From Zunongwangia sp. H14 (GTDB taxonomy: Bacteria; Bacteroidota; Bacteroidia; Flavobacteriales; Flavobacteriaceae): 64,000 nucleotides of DNA. Shown piece after piece: positions 50,001 through 57,824 of the stretch. The DNA is taken from contig NZ_JBGFSM010000008.1 in assembly GCF_041679265.1 (NCBI RefSeq), positions 124,877-188,876 on the forward strand, written 5' to 3'. Position numbers and translations under genes: made by a program. Numbering within the stretch: the stretch's first letter is position 1; each line of letters opens with the position of its first letter. Below the pieces are notes generated by a model. It was not told where the DNA came from and searched no databases. It worked only from the letters and a program-made list of their open reading frames with translations.

Positions 50001-51897
50001 GCAATATTTCTGGAACTCTCTGGAAGAGAATGTAAAATCAGGTTATAACAATTCGATAAAAGCTTCAGGACAGGTACTTAAATATTTTCCAAATACCCGG
50101 GAATACGAGTTTTTAATAGAAGAACTTAAGAGCGGAATTACTGATTTTGCAGAAGCCACAGGCCTTTTTTCTTCGGAAGAAAGCCAGGAAACGGCGGAGT
50201 ATTTATTTGAAGAACTTCAGGGGGACAATAATTTTGCTGTTAGCAGCCTGGCTTCAGAATTAACTGAAGAATTCCGCGGTATGCTGAAAAAGGAAAAGGC
50301 ACGGGATCAATTTGATAACAGCCTGGAGAGCCTGGGTTCTTATGCGGCTAAAATAAGGTTGATAAAACAATGGCTGCAGGCGTATGTAAAAGCTACGGGA
50401 AAGGAGCAGCAGTTAAAATATATTGAGGAAGCAGTGTGTGGAATGATGTTTCCAAAGCAGGAGTATTACAAAATTGAAGCTTCTCCCAACGCCGTGATCA
50501 CAGGATTGAAAGGTGAGCATACGGGCATAGAAAATTCTGAATTGCAATTTGATTTTCATGAATTTACCAATCGCTTACAAAAATTCATCAATCATGAAGT
50601 CCCCGCTTTTAATGCTTTTAGAAAAGCACGGCATGAGGTTACTGAAAAGCTGAAGGAGCAGTTAAAACTGGAAGAATTTAAGCCGCGGGTGCTTACTTCT
50701 TTTGTGCGCAATAAGCTGATAGACCAGGTATATTTCCCTTTGTTTGGGGAAAACCTGGCCAAGCAGCTGGGAAGTGTGGGGGACAACCGGCGTACGGACA
50801 GAATGGGAATGCTCCTGCTTATTTCGCCGCCGGGATATGGAAAAACCACTTTAATGGAGTATGTGGCTAACCGCCTGGGTTTGGTATTTATGAAAATAAA
50901 CGGTCCGGCGATTGGGCACGAGGTCACCTCGGTAGATCCTGAAGCCGCTAAAAATTCCGCCGCCAGGGAAGAATTGAAAAAACTGAACCTTGCTTTTGAA
51001 ATGGGGAATAACGTAATGCTGTACCTGGACGATATCCAGCATTGCAATCCTGAATTTCTTCAGAAGTTTATTTCTTTATCTGACGGCACTCGAAAAATTG
51101 AAGGGATCTATAACGGGAAACCGAAGACCTACGATTTGCGCGGGAAAAAGTTTTGCGTGGTCATGGCCGGGAATCCTTATACGGAGAGCGGGGAGAAATT
51201 CCGTATTCCCGATATGCTGTCCAACCGGGCCGATATTTATAATCTTGGGGACATTATTGGAGATACCGCAAATTTGTTCAAATTAAGCCTGATGGAAAAC
51301 TCGCTTACTTCAAATCCTGTTTTGCATCAACTTAGTTCAGGAAATTTTGAAGATGTATATACTTTGATTCAACAGGTAGAGAATAAATCGGAAACCGGGG
51401 AATTAAAGAGCAATCATACCCACCAGGAAATCCAGGATTACAAGGCGGTTATACAAAAAGTGTTGAAGATAAGGGACGCGGTTTTAAAAGTAAATGAGGC
51501 TTACATAAAGTCTGCGGGCATGGAAGATGAATACAGGACAGAGCCGGCTTTTAAACTACAGGGCTCTTACCGGGATATGAATAAGCTGGTGAGCAAGGTT
51601 GTTCCCATTATGAATGATAAAGAACTTGACAGCCTCCTTCTTTCTCATTATGAAAATGAATCCCAAACATTAACCGCTGCTGCTGAAGCTAATTTATTAA
51701 AGTATAAAGAATTAACTCAGAAGCTTTCTTCTGAAGAGAAAGAGCGTTGGGAGCAGATCAAAGCAACTTTTGTAAAGAATAACAAATTAAAAGGGCTGGG
51801 CGGGAAAAATGAAATTGCACAGGTAATCTCACAAATGATGGCTTTTACAGAAAATCTTGAAGGAATTAAAATTGTGCTTCAAAACGGATTGAAATAG
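47032..51897 (+). CDS. 1621-aa multidomain protein with C-terminal AAA_5 (MoxR/dynein/McrB-like) ATPase domain; function unknown
   Basis: One uninterrupted ORF. Walker A LISPPGYGKTTL (~aa 1268), Walker B VMLYLDDIQ (~aa 1333), sensor VVMAGNP and Arg motif MLSNRAD. The upstream ~800 aa are K/E-rich helical or coiled-coil. The N-terminal ~420 aa are globular and aromatic-rich. No TM segments. Confidence 0.8.
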   Translation: MKQEDNKTVKNDALDGGTYEIIRNRLAVHKSNLQERLQQLNESRKTVFGSLETQLIASNRISTENNCVARDIISLGNTCIFGYNVHFGLRTEIKLSDVFSVYQFAENRFVQVAHSILEDETFKSDFTNLYKYYRNTIFSKFARIGNYLHMVFQLSDSVTDIKTFKWLIADDKLEYIDNRSEHEFKYPQQHQFKWQEANRDMQRYGEHPHVAILDKVFVETIGGDLTIKIEDNTNDGKGIYSEAVSYKDQTLDDGQIRFADLGNLIILEIKPFQEEPRYFVYNHKVQEVQKIDSVKEAVVLLPDEQGIIFPNGYYLQTGEFHLFSTEVQQLKFQGTIASTNGEDFLYIFYSPVEGTYKLMDYNMIAQEIKTPIVCGGFTVLPDGELCCFKAEAEQTKHHMIQIWQTPYLEGDFMPSEHQDSMLYKIGNKDIVKAMAEARELITLLNKEDNYDGLYTDIAKISKDILDAYYWLGEAETSNLKEPLKEINQAANSAIDEFQKVVQLKKNAAAETKAIQHKADDLFSKIKSTSFKSIDEFVALLSQLRSLRGELIGLYELRYVDEELIKNLENELAEHTSKISRRCVEFLLDEKALQPYHEKVSEKGQKLEQIQKVVEAKQLEDEVNQIAADLEMLIDIVTNLEIEDTSHSTKIIDNISLIFATINQLKAALKNKRKRLGGKEAKADFAAQLKLIDQSIINYLDLAKTPEKCDEFQNKISIQLEELEGKFADFEEFIAEIIEKREEIYNAFESKKAAITEKRNKKAMALQSAADRILKSIGKKAESLKSVAEINGYFAADLMVNKLRDIVNQLNELEDSGNAEEIETALKTSREDAIRKLKDKQDLYEDGENIIKLGNHKFGVNRQELDLSFVMKNGSLCYHLSGTDFYQELENEVLLNSRKYWNREFISENEEVYRAEYLAFRIYQKQEIIKLAKMDKQELLHLVREESSSNYSEGYIKGVHDEDAAGILEVLVQKRLELGILSFSSRVRAHGQYFWNSLEENVKSGYNNSIKASGQVLKYFPNTREYEFLIEELKSGITDFAEATGLFSSEESQETAEYLFEELQGDNNFAVSSLASELTEEFRGMLKKEKARDQFDNSLESLGSYAAKIRLIKQWLQAYVKATGKEQQLKYIEEAVCGMMFPKQEYYKIEASPNAVITGLKGEHTGIENSELQFDFHEFTNRLQKFINHEVPAFNAFRKARHEVTEKLKEQLKLEEFKPRVLTSFVRNKLIDQVYFPLFGENLAKQLGSVGDNRRTDRMGMLLLISPPGYGKTTLMEYVANRLGLVFMKINGPAIGHEVTSVDPEAAKNSAAREELKKLNLAFEMGNNVMLYLDDIQHCNPEFLQKFISLSDGTRKIEGIYNGKPKTYDLRGKKFCVVMAGNPYTESGEKFRIPDMLSNRADIYNLGDIIGDTANLFKLSLMENSLTSNPVLHQLSSGNFEDVYTLIQQVENKSETGELKSNHTHQEIQDYKAVIQKVLKIRDAVLKVNEAYIKSAGMEDEYRTEPAFKLQGSYRDMNKLVSKVVPIMNDKELDSLLLSHYENESQTLTAAAEANLLKYKELTQKLSSEEKERWEQIKATFVKNNKLKGLGGKNEIAQVISQMMAFTENLEGIKIVLQNGLK

Positions 51898-52033
51898 GCA
51901 CCTTTTTGAAAAAATACTGAGAATCAATACGTTTCAGTAATTTAAGAAAATCCTAAATTTTGTTTAACACTATTTTGACATAGGTGTCTATAGATTATTT
52001 TAATTTTAATATCGAACCTAATCAAAAATAGTT

Positions 52034-54166
52034 ATGAAAGAAAAGAAAGATAAGCCTTCAAAAAAAATAGAAGACTTAAACGCGAATACCTCTAATCCTA
52101 AAGGGAAAACAATGACTACCAATCAGGGATTAAAGGTAAACGACACCAACAATTCCCTTAAAGCCGGAGCGCGTGGAGCCACTCTTTTGGAAGATTTTAT
52201 CCTAAGAGAAAAAATAACCCATTTTGACCATGAGCGTATCCCGGAAAGAATTGTTCATGCCCGCGGAAGTGGTGCCCATGGTTATTTTGAGTTATACGAA
52301 AGCCAGGAAGAGATTACCAAAGCAGGAATTTTTACCGATACTTCAAGAAAAACACCTGTATTTGTTAGATTTTCTACCGTGGCGGGATCAAAAGGATCAC
52401 CGGATCTTGCAAGGGATGTTCGTGGATTTGCCACAAAATTCTATACAGATGAAGGCGTTTTTGACCTGGTAGGGAATAACATGCCCATCTTTTTTATTCA
52501 GGATGCCATGAAGTTTCCGGATCTTATCCATTCTGTAAAACCAGAACCGGACAGGGAGATACCGCAGGCAGCTTCAGCCCACGATACTTTTTATGATTTT
52601 GTCTCACATACCACAGAAACCCTTCATAACCAGATCTGGCTGATGAGCGACCGCGCGATCCCTAGAAGTTTCAGGATGATGGAAGGCTTTGGGATACATA
52701 CTTTCAGGTTAGTGAATGAAGAAGGGAAATCCCATTTCGTGAAATTTCACTGGAAACCTTTGCTGGGAGTAAAATCGGTTACCTGGGACGAAGCAGTTAA
52801 AATTCATGGTGCCGATGCAGATTTCCACCGCAGGGACCTTTGGGATGCCATAGAAGCCGGCCAGTATCCGGAATGGGAATTAGGATTCCAGGTGGTGCCG
52901 CAGGAAGACGAGCATAAATTCGATTTTGACCTGCTGGACCCTACAAAACTTATTCCGGAAGAAATGGTGCCGGTAAAACGTATAGGTAAAATGACGCTTA
53001 ACCGTAATCCAGATAATTTCTTTGCCGAAACAGAACAGGTGGCATTTCACCCCGGGCACGTGGTTCCTGGAATAGATTTCACCAATGATCCTTTACTGCA
53101 GGGAAGGTTATTTTCTTATACCGATACGCAATTATCTCGATTGGGAAGCCCAAATTTCCATGAGATTCCAATCAATCGCCCGGTAAATGAAGTACATAAC
53201 AATCAGCGGGACGCGCATATGAGAATGACGGTGAATAAAGGCAAAACAGCTTATTTTCCAAATTCCATCGGGGGAGGATGCCCACATCTTGCCAAAATAG
53301 CCGAAGGCGGTTTTAGCAGTTATGAAGAGCGTATAGACGCCAAGAAGATAAGGGAGCGCAGTGAAAGCTTTAACGATCATTTTTCGCAACCTGCTTTATT
53401 TTATAGAAGTTTGACTGCACATGAGCAGGAACATGTGGTACAGGCGTATTCCTTTGAATTGGGGAAATGTACTTATGATCATATCAAGCAGCGAATGCTG
53501 TATATCCTTAGCCAGATAGACGAAGATCTTGCCGCCAAGGTTTCTGTAAATCTCGGAATGGAGATTCCTGAGGAAGTTGACGGGCCGGTAAATCAAGCGA
53601 TTGGAGCCGATGCCGATGTTGAAAAACATCAGCCGGGACCTAAAAAAATGTACCTTGATAAATCCAAGGCATTAAGCCAGGAATTTCTTCCTTCAGAAGG
53701 TATTGCGACCAGGAAAATTGCCGTACTGGCCGGGGATGGCTTCAGCGAAAGCGATTACAATAAAATGAAAAATTCTTTAGAAGATGAAGGAGCCATGGTT
53801 CAGATTGTAGGAGTACACGGAGGTACAATTAAATGCAATAAAGGCGATAAACACCAGGTAGCGCATGCGTTAATGACTACAGAAAGCGTTGTTTTTGATG
53901 CGCTGTATATTCCCGGCGGAAAAGAAAGCATTGATGCCTTAATGAAACAGGCAAAGGCTAAAAAGTTTATTAATGAAGCTTTGAAACATTGTAAAGCCAT
54001 TGCTTTAGACAATGAAGCTGAAGAACTCTTTGATGCCACCTACGGTAAAGATTTTAAAGAGGACGAAGCGGTTTGTATAAATGAGAAACCGGAAAAATTT
54101 ATTAAGGCAATTAGCAAGCATCGTAACTGGAAAAGGGAAAAAGCGGCTATGGAGATCCCCGCCTAA
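52034..54166 (+). CDS. katE: catalase HPII (large-subunit clade, with C-terminal DJ-1/PfpI-like domain)
   Basis: Catalase core ([20 protein letters not shown], proximal RLFSYTDTQ). At 710 aa it is the large-subunit type. Confidence 0.9.
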   Translation: [710 protein letters not shown]

Positions 54167-54184
54167 TAATGTTTACTTTTATAA

Positions 54185-54218
54185 AAGGAGCCATCACATT
54201 AATGTGATGGCTTTTTTA
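54185..54218 (+). terminator. rho-independent terminator after katE
   Basis: AGCCATCACATTAATGTGATGGCTTTTTT is a perfect palindromic stem with a T-run. Confidence 0.75.
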
Positions 54219-54455
54219 TGAGCCAAAAGAAATGAAGATGATCTTGCCGTTTAACGGTAATGGAATTATTTTTAACGAAACAAATATTAACAAAAGTTAA
54301 CATTTGTTAATATTTCTTATATTCCTAACTTTAGAAAAAATTCCAAATCTTCCCCAATTTTGCAAGGAGAGAACTGGATAACACTCTAAGTTATAAACAG
54401 ATCGTTAAAAATTTCGGTTCTTTCCGTTGCAGTTCTTTTAGTAGCACTTGCCACA

Positions 54456-56384
54456 TTGTTTGGATGGATGCTTAAGATACCTTTTCTTCTAAGCATATTT
54501 TCCGGCGCCCCTACAATGAAGGTGAATACAGCAATCCTTTTTGTATTATCTGCCGTAGGAGTACTTTGCCAGCAAACCCGGAGAAGGGAATTTAAATTTA
54601 TAAAATTTTTACTGGGGAGTATAATTCTTGTAACAGGCGGCCTTAGTCTATTACAGTATCTATTTGATGTAAACCTGGGAATTGATAATTTTCTAATTCC
54701 AGATCCTTTTTCGCCCAGGTTTCCGGGAAGAATGGCAAGAACAACAGCCTTATGTTTCGCTCTTTTTGGATTGGGTTTAATGACATCAAATGCTTCAAAA
54801 AAGCTTTTTAAAAAGACGGTAAAGTATTCTTTTGGGCTGCTCACCCTTATTTCTATATTGGCCATCCTTACATATTTTTTGCAGGCCATTACAGCTACAC
54901 AGGTTCTGGTATTCAATACTATGGCATTTCATACAGCGGGAAGTTTTTTAATATTATCTCTCTGCTTATCTTTAACAAATCCCCGCCATACCTATATAGA
55001 CTTTATCTCTGGGGTAAAAGTGGGAAGTAAACTGGCCCGTAACCTCTTGCCATTTCTAGTAATACTTCCTTTGCTGCTCAGTCTTTTGCTTATTTTTATT
55101 ATTAGTACACAACAAATTAATACAGAGTTGGGAATAACTCTATATACCATTAGTTATGCTTTTTTTGGACTTGTTTATACTTCCTGGGTATCGGCAAAAT
55201 TAAATAAAGAGGATTTAAGAAGGCTAAAGCTGGAACATTCTCTTTACAATACCAACAGGCAACTTTCTAAAAATGTTCTTTTTAACGAACAACTGGTAAA
55301 AACCACTCCGGCCTCCATTTTAATCGTCAACCTTGGAAATATGAATGTGCGCTATATTAATAAAGGTATTTATGACAATGGGGGATTAACCAAAGAAAGA
55401 ATAGAAGGAATGCCGCTGGAGGAAATTTTACCTTTTATTCATCCCCAGGACCGAAAAAGGATGATTGAGTTACACCAGATGATTCTAAAATCTTCTGATG
55501 AAGAAATTTTTGAGATCGAGGTGCGTCTTAAGCTGAAGACGGTGGGCTGGGAATGGTTCAATGTGCGCGCAACTGTTTTTGAGCGAAGGGACGAATCCTG
55601 GGTAAACGAATACGTTCTTTTAGTGAGGAATGTTACTAATGTAAAGCAAATCCAGAAGGAATTAGTAGATGCAAGGCAGTTCTCAATTTTTGGAGATGTA
55701 GCCAGGACTCTCGCACATGAGCTGCGCAATCCTATTGCCAGTATAGGCATGGCCACAGAGATCTTGGAGCATACTATTGATAATGAGGAAGTGAAAGAAG
55801 TGAAGCCTTATCTGGAAATTCTTAACAGGAGCAATAAAAATTTAAATGAATTAGTCTCTAACCTTCTAAATGCTTCCAAATATCAAAAGGCCGAGCTGCA
55901 AAGAGAGGAGCTAACGCAAATTGTGGAAGAGACATTGCGCAAAGCAGCAGACCGTATATACCTTTCCGGGATTGAACTGGTGAAAAAATATGAAGGAACC
56001 TATTTTATCATGGCAGATTGGGAGAAACTGGAAATTGCCTTGCTTAACCTTATAATAAACGCCGGAGAGGCTACCACGCCAGGCCGGGGAAAAATTATTA
56101 TTGATATTGTAAAAGAAGTTAGTGCAATAAAGTTAAGCATTACAGATAATGGCCATGGTATGGAGAAAGAACAGGAAAATAAATTATTTGATGCTTTTTA
56201 TACCAGTAAGGTAAATGGCATTGGAGTGGGTTTAAATGCTGTAAAGAACATCCTTGAAGATCATGGTGCTTATATTAAAGTTAAAAGCAAACTTACAAAA
56301 GGTACTACTTTTTCTATTTATTTCCCATTGCAGGAATTTGAGAATAATAATTACGAGGAATCTTTAGACCGGCAAGGCGATTGA
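54456..56384 (+). CDS. sensor histidine kinase with N-terminal multi-TM domain and PAS domain
   Basis: ~7 N-terminal TM helices, a PAS-like region (ILIVNLGNMNVRYINKG), HisKA H-box (ARTLAHELRNPIASI) and HATPase_c (ITDNGHGM, GIGVGL). No cognate response regulator is adjacent (orphan). Confidence 0.8.
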   Translation: MFGWMLKIPFLLSIFSGAPTMKVNTAILFVLSAVGVLCQQTRRREFKFIKFLLGSIILVTGGLSLLQYLFDVNLGIDNFLIPDPFSPRFPGRMARTTALCFALFGLGLMTSNASKKLFKKTVKYSFGLLTLISILAILTYFLQAITATQVLVFNTMAFHTAGSFLILSLCLSLTNPRHTYIDFISGVKVGSKLARNLLPFLVILPLLLSLLLIFIISTQQINTELGITLYTISYAFFGLVYTSWVSAKLNKEDLRRLKLEHSLYNTNRQLSKNVLFNEQLVKTTPASILIVNLGNMNVRYINKGIYDNGGLTKERIEGMPLEEILPFIHPQDRKRMIELHQMILKSSDEEIFEIEVRLKLKTVGWEWFNVRATVFERRDESWVNEYVLLVRNVTNVKQIQKELVDARQFSIFGDVARTLAHELRNPIASIGMATEILEHTIDNEEVKEVKPYLEILNRSNKNLNELVSNLLNASKYQKAELQREELTQIVEETLRKAADRIYLSGIELVKKYEGTYFIMADWEKLEIALLNLIINAGEATTPGRGKIIIDIVKEVSAIKLSITDNGHGMEKEQENKLFDAFYTSKVNGIGVGLNAVKNILEDHGAYIKVKSKLTKGTTFSIYFPLQEFENNNYEESLDRQGD

Positions 56385-56412
56385 TATTTTGACCTGTTAA
56401 TGCGATATTTGG

Positions 56413-56754
56413 CTAAATTAGCCCGGCACCAATGGCTTTAGCCGCAATTTTCACAAAGGCCTTTACAATGTTTGAAGCTTTTTCTATGGCTTTGGCCACT
56501 CCCGCAAGTTTTTCAGCGGAACGGTTTATTTCATCAGCTAATTTATCCAGAGCCTGGGCATCGTGTGTTAATTTTTCTACCAGCTCATTCGTTTTTATGC
56601 GGATGATAGACCTTTCAACATTTCTCAAGCTTACAGATGCTTTTTCCAGCTGTACCCTGTCTTCAGGAGATAAGCCTTCTATGGAACGGGCATTTTCAAC
56701 TATTTCAATCGAATCCAGTAACTTTTCCAGTGTTTTTATTTTTTCTGTATTCAT
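56413..56754 (-). CDS. hypothetical small coiled-coil protein
   Basis: 113 aa, all-helical. It lies 7 nt downstream of the lipoprotein gene on the same strand. Confidence 0.35.
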   Translation of the reverse strand: MNTEKIKTLEKLLDSIEIVENARSIEGLSPEDRVQLEKASVSLRNVERSIIRIKTNELVEKLTHDAQALDKLADEINRSAEKLAGVAKAIEKASNIVKAFVKIAAKAIGAGLI

Positions 56755-56760
56755 AGTTTC

Positions 56761-57666
56761 TTATTTATCCTTCTTCAATGCATTCAGCGTTTCCCTAATT
56801 TCAGCCACCTGCTGATAAAAAACCCGAAGTTCTTTAATAGTGCTGTGTAACTTTTGTTTTTTCTGAACAACCTGCACGAGTTCCTTATGCGCTGCTTGCA
56901 GGTCTTTCGTAGACTGGATGGTTAGTGCCTTCAGGTCTTTTGCTGCATCTAAATTACTTTTTAGATCAAGATATTCTCTTTGCGATTCGAAGGTACCGGT
57001 ATCTGTCAACTGCAAATAGGTAAGGTAATTTCTTCTAATCATTTTTTCCTCATAAGAAATCAATTCCTCAAGATTTGATGATTCCAGATACTCCAGAAGG
57101 TTGGAAGTCATTATTAAAACTAAGGTATCTGCTTTAGTGACATATTCTTTAATTTTTTCAGACTGTTTTACTTTTATATAACGGTCGCCACTAAAGCCGA
57201 CAATTTTTCCCAGTGCCTCCCCAATCCCGGCGGGTAATTTTTCAGCATTACTCTTTACATTATAAAGGTTAACCAGGGAATCCATGCCCACACCAAACTC
57301 AGCAGCATTATTTTGCAGATTGGCAGTATAATCTCCAGAAGATAAAAGTACGAGTGACTGGGCATATTTATCAAGCACCCTGAACGTAACATCAATTTTT
57401 TCAGAAACCTTATAATCGTATTTTTTCTGGCTGTAAATACTATCCAGCTCGTCCAGATGCCTCATGGGATCTGTTAAAGTGCTGGCATAATACAGTCCTC
57501 TTTTTAACCTGATCTCAGCCAGTTCTTCCATTATTGCAGAAGGATATGCGGAGAAGTTGCTGGTTACCTCCCCAAACTGCTGAACGGTTTCAATTTGGGA
57601 TTTGGAAAGGCTGGAACAACCAGAAATAAAAGCACTTAAGAGTAAAAGAAGAATAATTTTTCTCAT
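56761..57666 (-). CDS. hypothetical lipoprotein
   Basis: Lipobox LSAFISGCSS. No recognisable domain. Confidence 0.5.
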   Translation of the reverse strand: MRKIILLLLLSAFISGCSSLSKSQIETVQQFGEVTSNFSAYPSAIMEELAEIRLKRGLYYASTLTDPMRHLDELDSIYSQKKYDYKVSEKIDVTFRVLDKYAQSLVLLSSGDYTANLQNNAAEFGVGMDSLVNLYNVKSNAEKLPAGIGEALGKIVGFSGDRYIKVKQSEKIKEYVTKADTLVLIMTSNLLEYLESSNLEELISYEEKMIRRNYLTYLQLTDTGTFESQREYLDLKSNLDAAKDLKALTIQSTKDLQAAHKELVQVVQKKQKLHSTIKELRVFYQQVAEIRETLNALKKDK

Positions 57667-57824
57667 TCGATTTGAATTTGCTGGAGCGAAAATTAGTGTA
57701 AATAAAAATAAGCATTGATTCTCAATTATTTATACTTTTAAGATGATGTTTTACCAGGATTGCTGCTAATGTAGGATTTTTTCCTAATATTGGAAATAAT
57801 CCAAATTTAGTTATATTTGTAGGG

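Noticed and set aside
47149-51047. Several antisense or embedded ORFs (up to 263 aa at 47491-48282) within the 1621-aa gene
   Set aside because: The plus-strand frame is uninterrupted for 4866 nt with recognisable AAA motifs. The antisense products have no motifs and have atypical composition.
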